This document shows positions 24,291-37,008 of a stretch of 64,000 bases of DNA, one piece after another (the first letter of the stretch is position 1; each line of letters opens with the position of its first letter). The notes beneath the pieces are model-generated. The model ran no database searches. It was given only the letters and a program-made list of their open reading frames with translations, and was not told the DNA's origin. This stretch comes from Podarcis melisellensis (Eukaryota): the NCBI GenBank assembly GCA_964234715.1, contig OZ174278.1; one strand, written 5' to 3'. Made by a program: the position numbers and the translations under genes.

Positions 24291-24478
24291 TTAGAGGTGC
24301 ATTATGTTCCGTAATGTGCAGGAAATTGTTTTAAAACAGTTATAAAACATGTTATTATTTTATTTATCCACTAGCTGCCGTCGCCACATTAGTAAGAATG
24401 GAAGAAAATGTTACTCCATTAAGGGTATATTGAGGATATGGAGTATCTTGCCCCCCCCCCCAATACTTGCTGGTGTGA

Positions 24479-25263
24479 TGTCAGGGACTGGCTGGGCAAC
24501 GAGGAGTGGTGGGAAAAGGAACAACCCTGGGAACCCCCAAGGGAGACCTCAGAGAAGAAAGTTCAGAGCCCAAGGATTGGTGGTGGGACACAGGAGAGAG
24601 GTCAGAGGGGGGACATTGGGAGGAGGTGCTGAAGGGACAACAGGGTTTAGTGAGCAGGAGGAACCTGTGACAGGGAGCAGTTCAGACTCCGAGGCTGAAG
24701 CAGAGAGGGGGGGGTTAAGAGACTGCTGAAGAATCTTGGGAGAAACTCCCCTACCCTCTGGTCTCCAAGAATGTGAAGGATAATGACGGCAGAACAGAGG
24801 CCAGAGGTGCATGGATGCAGTTTGAGACTGCTTGAGAATCATCCAAGAGAGGAGGAGCCTTCAGAGGAGTGGAAAGCAGGGACCTTCAATCCTGGCAACT
24901 GCTGTACAGTGGTACCTCGGGTTACCTACGCTTCAGGTTACATATGCTTCAGGTTACAGACTCCGCTAACCCAGAAATAATGCTTCAGGTTAAGAACTTT
25001 GCTTCAGGATGAGAACAGAAATCGTGCTCCGGCGGCACAGCAGCAGCAGGAGGCCCCATTAGCTAAAGTGGTCTTCGGGTTAAGAACAGTTTCAGGTTAA
25101 GAACAGACCTCCGGAACGAATTAAATACTTAACCCGAGGTACCACTGTATAGGGGCAAGACCTGCTGTGAATATTTGTATGATATTTCCATGAACTGAGT
25201 TAACTTCACTGAAAACTGACTCCCCTTCTTCGTGCTGACCTGCATCTAACTCCTGCCTTGACA
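24479..25263 (+). mobile_element. Solo LTR (TGTCAG family) with nested MITE
   Basis: Starts TGTCAGGGAC, ends TTGACA. Perfect 5-bp TSD TGTGA at 24474-24478 and 25264-25268. Confidence 0.85.
24907..25147. mobile_element. Tc1/mariner (Tigger-like) MITE nested in the LTR
   Basis: TIRs CAGTGGTACCTCGGGTTA / TAACCCGAGGTACCACTG, TA TSD. Confidence 0.92.
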
Positions 25264-25660
25264 TGTGACTATAGTAGCCCCATTCACTTCTGTAGCATTT
25301 AAACAATGTGTGCTGATGACCATCTATCGTAACCAGCTGAGTCCACTGAACAGTTATTGATTTTGCAGCTCACGTGTAAAATCTACACACCAGCAGAGAG
25401 AACAGGGATAAGCATGCTAAGCACCACCCTCACATACCCATAACCATCAGCCTATAACTTGTGGGAGATGACGATGGGAAACCTCTCCTCATGGAGGATC
25501 CACACATGATTTAGCAATCCTCGTCATGCAAGGGAGGTTTCATAAGGAAAGGAAGCTTCATGCTGTCAAACTCCATGACTTGGCAACAAGAGGGGGAAAC
25601 CTAAGCATGTACATTCCCCATCATTCTGCTGATGAGTCGACTTTACATACGAATAGAACA

Positions 25661-25902
25661 GTTTGGATTTGGATTTGATATCCCGCTTTATCACTACCTG
25701 AAGGAGTCTCAAAGCAGCTAACATTCTCCTTACCCTTCCTCCCCCACAACAAACACTCTGTGGGGTGAGTGAGGCTGAGAGACTTCAGAGAAGTGTGACT
25801 AGCCCAAGGTCACCCAGCAGCTGCATGTGGAGGAGCAGGGAAGCGAACCCGGTTCCCCAGATTACGAGTCCACCACTCTTAACCACTACACCACATTGGC
25901 TC
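25661..25902 (-). mobile_element. Squam3-like SINE
   Basis: Highly similar to 443-681. Confidence 0.88.
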
Positions 25903-27100
25903 ACATTCAGATAGGGCTTCACAGATATCAGCCCAAGCTTGGTTGTTTGGCATCCATTTGCCTCAGGAGACAATGGAAAAGTGTGCCTTCAGGGGTGAAG
26001 TCAAACTGTTGGAGAATGAATAATGGACTTAGAGCAGTATCCTAGGGTTCCTGGGGGGTATCCCAAGGGCCACAGGATATTGTGAGCCTCCTTCTCCACC
26101 GGTAGAGCTTAACCACAGGAATCTCTAGGGTCTTACTTCCTCCACTGTCAGTGCTGTGATGTCAGTGGGGGAGGGAGCCTGCTGGGGGCATATTCATTTT
26201 CCTTCCACCCAAACACTTACTACCCTGGCCAGTGCAAGCTGAACATGCCACAAGGAGCCACTCAACTCCACCCACCAAGGCTACATACAATCCTGTGCAC
26301 ATTTAACTGGGATTGATCTGGATAGACATGCATGTAAGTGCGCTGTTCATAATTTTATTAGTTATTTATATATTTTTGAAAATTATAAACCACTTTCCCC
26401 TCTAACAAGTCTCTGAAACTGAAATTAAAAATATCAATGCAGCCAGCAGTCTTTAAACAACAAAAAATAAAATAGAAATTGTCATAAAAATCAAATCAGC
26501 AGCACAAATCAGGAGGAGAGCTAGTCCACAGCAAAGGTGCAGTGCAACAGTACAATCTTTGCAACACAAATGTTAGCACAGAAGCTGGCAAAATGAACCT
26601 CCAGGATAGAGAGTGGCTGCCTGGATCTTGGTACCATGATTTGTAACTGATTACAAATCCTCTGAGGCTTTAACACATCATTTCCCCAAAATGCAAATGT
26701 CAGCAGTAGCAACGCGAGACTTCTAGCCTAGTATTGGATTCAGATTCAAGACTCTCTTGGGGTCATCACTGTGCTTACCTACCATGGTGCTGCAGGTATA
26801 TATTCAGTGAACTGCACACACATCCCCAATGACAAGAAGATAAGCCAATAATTACCAAATGTATTTTCACCAATGACCTTCTGTAAAGTGTCAGTGTCAT
26901 TGGGTGAAATGTCAGTGCTTCAGTATCCATCCAGACTTAAGAATAGCTTCCTTCCCATGGAGAACACGTTAGAAGGATTGTTCTGCTTTCTATAAGATTT
27001 GTATAGTCATTCAGATAACTTTTATCAGATAACATTGATAATATCTCCATTTACCACCTAACTAAATGGAAGTTGAGATTTTGCCTGTGCTACGTCTTAG

Positions 27101-27133
27101 GTTTCGTGGGTCAGCATGAACTTCTCAGAGCAG
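27101..27133 (+). other. Possible 33-nt micro-exon (unverified)
   Basis: ttttgcctgtgctacgtcttAG | GTTTCG...GAGCAG | GTAAGG. Length is a multiple of 3. No partner exons recognised. Confidence 0.15.
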
Positions 27134-27841
27134 GTAAGGCTCCAAATCAGCATTTATTTACCAAAGAAGAGGAAAATAAGCATCTCCATTGCATGTTGTA
27201 GCCAGTAGGAAGAACTTGTTCACAAACGTACCGTAAGGTTGAGAAAAACCTCAACTGAAAATATAATAGTAATTTATATTCATTTTTAATTTTTATTTGG
27301 GGATTTCTATCCCACTTCTTTAAGATTTTCAAGGCAGCAAACCATGAAAGTCAATTAAAAAAAAATCAGAAACAGGAAACATTAAATCAATTGAATGAAC
27401 TGGTATTCTGACCAAGAAAACTGGGGTGAAGAGGGCAGACTTCACCTTACACCTAAAAGGGAAGAATGAAAGAAACACACATTTAAGGAAAACACTAAAA
27501 CATTTGGCAGCACCAATGGGAAGGCCTTTCCTCCAGTAGTTAATCACTTGACTTCAGAAAGTAGGAAGACCAGAGGACTACAGCTCCCATCATCCTTAGC
27601 TAGCAAGACCAGTGGTCAGGGATGATGGGAATTGTAGAATTGTAGTCTGAAAACAGCTGGAGACCCAAGTTTGGGAAACACTGGTATAGAAGTATTTGCA
27701 GAAAATAACTTCTAGGGAATGCCTGATCTCAGATGAACCTACCCCATGAAGCCTGCATCCTGGCTCCTAAGAGGAAAGGAAAGGTGAACTACAGAGATTC
27801 CAAGTATTGGAAAATAAATCAGGAGCTGGAAAAAAGAGAGG

Positions 27842-28635
27842 GCAAAGCGTGTTCTCCTTCATGGAGAGCACGTGTTGCGGTGGGGTCTGCTGAGCCACCC
27901 CTCTGTTACCAGGCAGGGTCTCTAAAGATGGCCTGGGGCAGTGATTGGTTCACTGGGTTGCTGGGCTAAAAGTTATGTTGCAATTTTGGTGGGAGGGGTA
28001 AAATGTTTAAATCCTCTGCACGCAGCCTGGAGCTTTCTCTTTGCTGTGTGCAACGGATCACCCGCCCACCCGCCCTTGAGTAAGGGGTTGTTGCATTGAC
28101 CTTGCTATGCCTGTCATGGTGTCATCTGCGTTTGGGGCAGGGGCCTGGTAGGAATTTTGTCCATCTGGCTGATTGGCTGGGCCATTTGGTTTTTGCCTAC
28201 TGCGTAGCAAATCGTCACAACTTGTAAGGTTGCGGTTAGGCATTGGTTATAAATTGGTGGAGGAGGGGTTAGGATAGGCTGGTCCTGCCCCTCCATGGTT
28301 AAAGGAATCCTGGGGCTTGCCATCTTTTCGTCCAATCCCTGGAATGGGACTAGGGCCGGCAAGCCTTCGGGGAGCATGCGGATGAGAATTGAGGGTCTGT
28401 GACTCAGCTCCATTTCTCCCCGACTTGCTTTCCCCCGCACTGTCTTTCGGTGGTGCCCGGAAGTCAGTTCTGTCCCCAGGCGGGGGGACAGATAGTCTTA
28501 ACCAATGCCTAAACAACCACTCACGGTTTTGTATTTAAATAAAGTTGTGGCCAAAATTATGCCAAAAACCTTAAACAAAAGTTAAGTGTGCGTTGTGAGT
28601 TATTTGGGGGGTGGCTTGGGGACCTCGACACACAA
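27842..28635 (+). mobile_element. Non-autonomous element, Ngaro/DIRS-like or LTR-like (family A, copy 1)
   Basis: Closely similar to 60039-60855. Bounded by GCAA/ACAA with a 5' hairpin and AATAAAGTTGTGGCC near the 3' end. No TSD. Confidence 0.75.
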
Positions 28636-28984
28636 ACAGCAGTTATTTAGGACACCAAGGTTTCTTATTGCCTAGTGCCCAAACACCTCACTCATCAATC
28701 ACAGCTCTGACTTCATTCATTGGCTAAATACATTGAAAGGTGGGAATAGACAGGCTGGCTCACCTTACAAAAATCACTAGAAGAGTACCTGCACATTTTG
28801 CTTTGTAACTTTCTTTCTAGGAGTGCTAGAGACTCACATTTATTTTCAGCAAAAGCTCAGAGTCTGTGGCTCCTGCTTGCTGTGGACCTGCTAACCCCTG
28901 TGCCCACCTCTCATTGCCCCTGGCCCCAGCTCCCTCGCCTTTCATTTAAATAATTCCTTACATATGTAATATACATCCCAGATA

Positions 28985-29334
28985 CAGTGGTGCCTCGCAA
29001 GAGGAAATTAATCCGTTCCGTGAGGCTCTTCGTATAGCGGTTTTTTCGTCTTGTGAAGCAAGCCCATTGACAGCTTAGCGGATTAGCGCTATTAGCGGTT
29101 CAGCGGCTTTTAGCGGCTTTTAGCAGCTTATCAGCTTAGCTCAGCTGATAAGCGGCTTAGCTGCTTAGAAAAAGGGGGGAAGGGGAAAAACCCCGCAGGA
29201 ACTCGCAAGACATTTTCGTCTTGCGAAGCAAGCCCATAGGGAAATTCGTTTTGCGAAGCGCCTCCAAAACAGAAAACCCTTTCGTCTAGCGGGTTTTCCG
29301 TCTTGCGAGGCGTTAGTCGTGCAGGGCACCACTG
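28985..29334. mobile_element. Tc1/mariner (Tigger-like) MITE with internal TTAGCGG array
   Basis: TIRs CAGTGGTGCC / GGCACCACTG, TA TSD. Confidence 0.88.
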
Positions 29335-30379
29335 TAATTAATCTCATGTTTGTGGATCTAAAAACCTGTGCTTTAATTACTCGTGGAAATGTTGGTGCTG
29401 TGAGCAAAAATAATGCAGGGCATGTCCATTAATGTCCTTTCAACCTTCTACTGTTCGTAACTATATTATCCTGCAGGAAATACTCCTATAAAAGTTTGAC
29501 CAGCTTTGAGGCTCAGGGGGAATAAAACAGAAACACAATTCTCTTGAACTAAATTAAGACATAGAAAGTTTCAAAGGCAGGATATAATGATTTCTCCTCA
29601 TCCCACAGTGCATAATGCTCCATTAATTAGTATTTTCAGCCCACCATCTATCGCCATGCTATAAATTTTACAGAATGGAATAACTCCCTTGCATCAGTAC
29701 TACTAATACTGTCTTGACAGCTTTTCTTCCAAAGCCCTTGGGTTTTCAAAGTGTCAGCCCGTAATACGGCTTTTTAGAGTTTAGGAGTTCATATTAATGT
29801 GTTTAGAAAGAATTAATATAAATGCCTAAACTCTACAGCATAGTATTATTCCTATTATTAATTCTGAATTTAATTATTTTAATTAAATATCTATAGCCAC
29901 CCATCAATACAATTCTCTAGGTAGCTTACAAAACAAAATACAAAAATTGAAACAAAAATACATAAAAGTAACAATATAAAACTTTCCCAGCAGAGACAAA
30001 ATAAAGCAATTTGCAGCTCAGCTAGAAATCACACTTTGGGAGAAATCCTGTAGGAATATCTGCCAGGGTGAACAGATTAGGATCCAGAGGATCCTGGCTG
30101 AGCCAGGAAATTCCCAGCATAGCCAGGCTATGCAGGCTTAACTCCCTCATCCACAGTTTAGCTGGAGATAATGCCAGAGTACCTCCCTCATTCTGGCTCA
30201 GTCAGGACCCAACTTGCTAAGCTGAACCTAGTGGTTCTTGCACCAATGCAGACATGAAAAGGGGGTGTTCTTGGGGTTTGGTGGGGCATGGCCAAAGAGG
30301 CGGGACTGAGGCTGGATCCTAAGCCCATTCAGCTTGGTCACATGACCTGACAACCAGGCATAAATTAAGCTGGCAAAAA

Positions 30380-30654
30380 TAGGGTTGCCATCTTTCAAAA
30401 AGTGAAAATCCAGACACAAATGTTGTTGAGCTGTGTCTGCAAAATCTCAAAAGAAGAAGAAGGAGAAGGAGAAGGAGAAGGAGAAGGAGAAGTTGTTTTT
30501 GAGGTCTTTTTAGGGACATTCACCAAAATCTAGACTTCCGACATTGGTTGCCATAATTCCGGATTTTCCCATTCAAGTGATTTCTGCCTGGACACTGCTT
30601 CCGACCGCAGTATTCCAGCTATATCCAGGAAATTCTGGATGTATAGCAACCCTA
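30380..30654. mobile_element. hAT-type MITE containing (GGAGAA)n
   Basis: TIRs TAGGGTTGC / GCAACCCTA. 8-bp flanks GGCAAAAA / GGCAAGAA. Confidence 0.8.
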
Positions 30655-32169
30655 GGCAAGAAGGATGGTCTACCTCAAACACTATTTTAAAGTCTTGCTT
30701 CCCCTCTACCAGCCTTAGGCCAGCACAACCAGCAACACAACCCTGTTCCTGAATGGATCTTCACACCAGCTTAATTTACACACACTCGCAAGGCACTGGT
30801 GAAGCTTTCTCAGGTCTTGTGAGGCTGAGGGTGCGTGTGACTTCATGATGTCACGCACAGTGGGCACCCATAACCTGGGGCCCAAGTCAGCTTCCCTGCT
30901 CTCTACCATCATGACCACTCGTGTGCCATGTGTGATACAAACATCTGTATCTGACTTATTTGGTGAGAGATACAGCTATGGGTTTAGCAGTGACAACCAC
31001 ACCATAAAGTTGATGTATTTCACCATATACTGCTTCACATATGTCTCAGGGTCAAACTAGACATTATGTTAATCAAATCATCATCAATGTCATTTGTTTT
31101 TCCTTTTTAAATACCAGATGTGGAGAAGGGGGATCCCCATTGGGACCACGGCACAGTGGGGGGAGAGGATTCACTCTCTGCTATTTTCCAGTGAGAAATT
31201 CCTCCCCAAGATGCTCTTTGCCTCCAAAGGCGCCATTTGGTCAAGATTAGTCTGGTTGAAAAGCAAAAGATTTATACGATCTGAAGAGAAACCAGAGGGC
31301 TTGTCCAGTGATATATTATTTTTGGTTTGAAGTTGTTATCTACATCAATTTTGTGCAGTGCAGGCAAAATCCTTGATATTTGCAGATGTCCATGTACTTT
31401 AAAATTATATTACTGTGGTATGAGAATTAACAGCAGGACAACAAGAGTGGACTTTGTGAGACCTTATGGTTGCTTGGAGACCTATACTATGAACCTGAAA
31501 GGATAGGTGTTCACCCACTGCGCAACGACCTCATAGCCTCCATTTGAACAAAAATGTTGTGCAAATACCTATGTGGACATATGGAACCCTTCTCTTACTT
31601 TATATGTTTAACTTAAGATGCATGTGCGGATTGTTGTTGCATTCAGATTGTGAACAGACAATTGTTGGTTTGTGTTATTGCTAGCATTATCTATACTATT
31701 ATTTATTTTATTGTATTTATTTTTACTTCTTTTTATTTTTGTTCAATTAAAATTTTTTTTGTTATTATTAATATTATTATTTACTCTGGTACAAACAAAC
31801 TATGTCATAAAATGGAATATAGCCTAGGGGAGATTTACTTATGAAGGGAGAGATATACTCAGGGACACCTCTCATCTCCGATTTGTTGCTGCTTTTCTAC
31901 AAAGCAGTAGTTCGAGAAAGGCTTGTCTAGGCAGCACAGCTTATGTTCTTCCGCTGCTGTTCCCATATTCCATGTATTATCCATGTTCATCATTGGATGG
32001 CTGCAACAAATGTCGACTTGCCTGTGTGAATGAGCAGTCATAGACAGAGCTTTCCAGTCAGCTTGCGCCCCCTAAAAACAATGCTTTTCAATGGAGGCAG
32101 CTCACACATCTTGCCGTCAGTTATCACATGCAGAATCATTAAGTGAGGGGAACCAAGTGATGATTAGCA

Positions 32170-32480
32170 TCTCCAGGTGCCACTCAGTGTCTGGGAGATT
32201 AGTACAGACTGAATGAGCAAATAAGAAGAGCCCTTCTTTGGATCCGACCAAAGGCCCACCTAGTCCAACCAACCAGGTGCAACCACAACAGCACAGCAGC
32301 ACTATTTCCACTTGCGAATCCCAGAATGGAGGCTGAATCCAATCATAGTGGCTAGTAGCCATTAAAAGCCTTGTTCTCCATTAATTTGTCTAACCCCCTT
32401 TTTAAACCATTTGAGATGGTGGCAAGCCCCACATGTTACATAGTTTATGCATTGTGTGAATATTTTGTCTGCCCTGAATC
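32170..32480 (-). mobile_element. Old CR1 3' fragment
   Basis: ggatccgaccaaaggcccacctagtcca...gccttgttctccattaatttgtctaacccc is the CR1 3' end in antisense. Confidence 0.6.
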
Positions 32481-34115
32481 TTCCGGTTATTCAGCTTCAC
32501 CAAATAACTTTTTTCGAACCACTTTCTCCACACAATGCAGGGCTTTCAAGTCCCTAATTTCCTGTCTGATATCAAATCCCCCGTCACCTCCCCTCCAAAA
32601 CGTAAGGCAACCTTGGTGAAGTGAATCAGGTTTGGGTCTGTTGCATGCCTGAATGAGATACTTCCCATAAGCCCCACATGTTCTGTGTGCATTTCCATGA
32701 TGGAAGAGAAATGGGGAGTCACGTGTTCAGGCTGAGGGTGCTATGGTTTATTTAGCCAAAGTGACAGCCCAGTGAGGACTGAGCATGCTCAGTGGCTACA
32801 CAACACTGACAAACCTTTGGGTGCAAATGAAAAAAAAACAACAGATGGAAGGAGGAACAGAATGGCATTTCAGGGAGTTACTAAAACCCTGAAAAGAATC
32901 ACAGCTCACTCCGATATAACAATATAAACTCAAACTTGCACTCAGTATGTATTTTCTACTCTCTTTCTAATCTCTCATATCAACTTGGATAAAATATGTG
33001 GGATACCTTTTTTTTAAAAAAAAAAGAAAGCCATGAAAAGCATTTCTGCCAACATTGTACAAAATACTGAACATCTGCTATATCTGGTACCCTGGGAGTT
33101 GTAATTATCATTTTTGAAATCTGCACACAAGAGTTATAAATATTAGAACTCTAGCCTATGTGGAAAGCTATGAAATATTTAAGTTGTTTGGCAGGCTTAA
33201 GAAAAACTCATAAACTTAATTTAAGCAACCAAACACTGTTGTTGTTTTTACAGAGTTTCCATCTTTCATGTCATTACTCAGATAAATTAAAGAAAACCAT
33301 GGCACAGCACAGAAATTGCAGATGGCAAATTCCCTAGATAAAAAGAGGCCTGTTTTGAGATTTTAAAATATCATTTTGCCAATATTTCATTTCCCTCCTT
33401 TTAGATTATTTTATCTCATATTTTGTACTGTGTGCCATATATTCTGTGTAACACAGGGACATGGACACACACACACACACACTGAAGTGAAGTGAAGTGA
33501 AGCTTTTTTTTACATGTCACCATTCACACATCAATTCTGACAAACTGAGATTCCAATTTGGTTTTTTTAAAAAATATTTAGTAACCAGACCATCACAAAG
33601 CAACAGTTTAACAAAGAGAATGAATGACATACCTGTGTGAAAGTAACACAAGTCAACCAATTTTTTTTACACAAACACAAGTAAAATTATATAAAAGCAT
33701 AAGCAAAACTTAAAATTCTGAATCTCCCCGGTAAGACATATCTTTCACCTTTAATGCCAATAACTTCACATAGAAAAAGCATTGTTTTCACAGGTCTCAT
33801 CTGTCTTGCCTACAGATAGATTAGTCTCATAGATGAACTGCCTTGCATTTCTCCCTAAAATAGGAGTGGCAAACCTTTCTGCCCAGTGGGACACATCTTT
33901 ATCGCCCCTGTCCCATCCCCCCGCCAACTTTGACAGGTGGGAAGGGCCACCCAGCTGTCAATCATCTGGTGTCATAATTTGTCAGGTGATTATTTGGGGA
34001 CAATTGGAAAGAGTGACCCATATCCTATTAGGCTTTTCTATATTTGGTGAAGTATTCAGAGAATTAAATCAGCATTTTTAACATAACATTCTTGGGGTGA
34101 GGCAGGAGAGCAGGA

Positions 34116-34593
34116 CTGTAATACATCTCTCTCTGATGATGGCACCCCCACCAGGGACCTCAAAGAGACCTGCAGATATCTTCTTTCCTCCTTTCCTCAA
34201 GCAGAGAAAAAAAATCCCAGCCCACCTTCTCTCAAAAGCTCTTACAGTGGCCACTGGTTAACAGGAAAGACAGTGACCCTGAGAGGTGAACAGTTGCTGG
34301 ACCTAGCTCAAGTGGTCCAGGCTGGCCAGTAGCCATCTCAAGCTCCCAGAACTCCCCATCCCTTGGTTTTATGCTATGCTTGGTCCTCAATAACTCCCCA
34401 AAGGTATGTCCCAGTAGGCATGTCATGATGATGGTTAAACCTCTGGCTGAAGGTCCTTTTGGCCAACATATCCTAACTCCAATGCCACGCCAGAGTATCT
34501 CTCTTTGCCAATAAAGTTGGGTCCAATTTTCACTCACTTCTTTCATGGTCAGTTATTGGGTCAGTTGATGCCGTAATGAGGACCACTGCATCA
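34116..34593 (+). mobile_element. Possible degenerate solo LTR
   Basis: TGTAA...TCACA ends with AATAAA about 80 nt from the 3' end. No TSD found. Confidence 0.3.
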
Positions 34594-36475
34594 CACCATC
34601 TCATTCACTCTGATTGGGTGGACATCTACCTGGATGACTAGTTCAGGAAGAGAAATGCAGTAGAGAATTTTAAAGAGTGGCAGATTCATGCCATCTAGGT
34701 ATTTGGGTGGGCCTTGACTCAAAAATGAAGCTGGTAAATAATTCACACACAGCCCTAAGCTTTGCTAAGCAGCGATGCTGAGAAGAGCCCAACACTGCTG
34801 CGTAGCAAATGGAGAAAAAGCCAAAAGTATATGGAAGAAGGAAACAGAGCGTGTCCCTTGATAAATTTTGTGAAATCACTTAGATAAGAATTGCAGGACA
34901 GAGATAATGGTTGGCCAAACAATGATTTTGCAAGTAAGTTTTCCCTTTCCTTTTCCTTCTAAATCCCAGACTAAAAGTGATTTTAACAAGACAGAAAATT
35001 CTCCAGGAGGGAGAATGGCAAAATAACTTCGCCGTTGCATTCAAGGAGGATAGCCAAATTCACAGCAGCTTCAGTATGAAATAAATCCAACAGCAACTTT
35101 TCATTTGCGCAGGGGTCTGTTCACCCTCCCAGTTATCCATATGCTATTAGGGAAAGAACATTGCTTTGCAATTAGGTCATGAAGGGATGGCCAAATGTGT
35201 TTTCCCTGTGAAAGTTGTTGAAGAAAGCCTGCAGGTAATGAGGGAGGGGAGATTTGCAATGCTGGTAAAACATTATGTGGCTGAAATCTGCAATCAGGAA
35301 TGGCTGAAGGAAGAAAACTTCCCCATTTCCAATTAATGTCTGCAATCAAAAGGAAGTGGCAAAGATGGGGTCTTTTTGCCCAGGCAGGCTCATTATGTGA
35401 CCCATGAGAGCAGCAAAATAACCAGACTGCACAACGGTGATGGGATAAAATCAGGCCAAATGTTTATTGACAGCAGTTGGCATGGCACTGGGTCCCAGGA
35501 TCAGTTCATCATTCCATAAGCCCCGTGCTGATGGAATGGATCTGCTGGGTTTGAACTGCTCCAAAGCTATACGATGGAAGTTGGCCTGTGTTGAACCTTG
35601 TCATGGTGCAAGCCAAGCAAGCAAGGTCTCACTGAGGTACCAGGATGTAGATTCCAACCAGGCAGATACCGAACCCATACTTGCCATGGCCAGTCCTCCC
35701 ATCAGGCCCCTTATGGGGGGCCCCCTACACTATGTTGATCCTGCCCAATGCCATTTCCGCCCTCATACAAACGATGGTCTTCTGCCTAACAAAGGAAAGT
35801 CATAATTTCACTGAGGCGAGGGAAAAAACCCAACCAAGTGCCAATCAGTTTGAGAAAAAACAACTTATTTTTAGCCCTGTAAACCAGCAACCCAAAATTG
35901 TTCAGTGAAGGCTCTAACCCGAGGGTGGGTGAGCGGGAAACTCTCAAAGCAAAATGGCTGTGAGCTCCAGGGGAAGCAGCCTAATGTAGGCTTTCCCTCC
36001 CCTCTGCAGCAAGGGCACATGGGACATCTTTTTCCCATGAGCCCATCACACAGAGAAGAGATACTTGGCAAAACCTTGCCTGGTGTTTTGCTGCAATCTA
36101 TGGGCCACAGTGCCGCAGGGCAAAGGCATCCTGTGCTTAGTGGGCACGAAATGGAGCTTAAAATATAAGACCCTGTGGGAAAGTTCAGTGATCTGTGGGA
36201 GCCATTTTTGCAACCCACCATTGTAGTGCATTTGAAAGATTCTGAAAACCTGTACAACCTGCTTGGCCACAATGGTTTGGGAAACAATGACAATCATAAT
36301 TATGGGCAATAGTAGCTTTCACCCACTGCCTTCCAAGTCTCTTAAAAACTGTTTTCTGTCCCCAGATTCGACAGCCAAACACTTTGCGATGATTACCTAA
36401 TAGGCCACGTTTGTTGAAACATTTTTAATAGACCCTTTTTATCACATGCAAAAGGATTTCAATGCTAGCTCAGTC

Positions 36476-36631
36476 NNNNNNNNNNNNNNNNNNNNNNNNN
36501 NNNNNNNNNNNNNNNNNNNNNNNNNNNNNNNNNNNNNNNNNNNNNNNNNNNNNNNNNNNNNNNNNNNNNNNNNNNNNNNNNNNNNNNNNNNNNNNNNNNN
36601 NNNNNNNNNNNNNNNNNNNNNNNNNNNNNNN
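36476..36631. other. Assembly gap (N run)
   Basis: Run of N. Confidence 1.
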
Positions 36632-36813
36632 CTCAGCCTTGGGACTGTTACTAAATATGAATGCTGGTACACAAACGTGGATGATTTAAGTTAGCAAATT
36701 TTATTACAGAACTTCTCTCGTCTTTTCCATATTAATCTTGTGTTACAATCAGGTTTGCCATACAGTCAGTTTATTGCCATGTTCTTCTTTCCCTGCCACC
36801 TTAGCTAACACAA

Positions 36814-36817
<4 letters not shown>

Positions 36818-36869
<52 letters not shown>
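36818..36869. repeat. (TA)n microsatellite
   Basis: Direct inspection. Confidence 0.97.
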
Positions 36870-36871
<2 letters not shown>

Positions 36872-37008
36872 TTTCGTAGATTTTCACGGGTACAGGAATG
36901 CAGGTTTTGGTGTCCTCGGGTGTCTTCCCGTGTAAAAGTTGGGGTGTCTAGGCGACGTTTCGACGAGGTCTCACTCGTCATCTTCAGGCTGGTGCTTTCG
37001 GCTTCTTG
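36870..37008 (-). mobile_element. Penelope-like element pLTR fragment inserted in (TA)n
   Basis: CpG-rich 139-bp segment flanked by TA repeats. The minus strand carries cctgaagatgacgag...ctcgtcgaaacgtc, typical of PLE pLTRs. Confidence 0.75.
36952..36989 (-). ncRNA. Minimal type I hammerhead ribozyme motif
   Basis: gc-CUGAAGA-u-GACGAG(ugagac)CUCGUC-GAAA-CGUC^gc: intact core, 6-bp stem II, palindromic stem III (ACGU), weak stem I. Confidence 0.65.

Noticed and set aside
9246-36694. ORFs containing X runs
   Set aside because: They read through assembly gaps.
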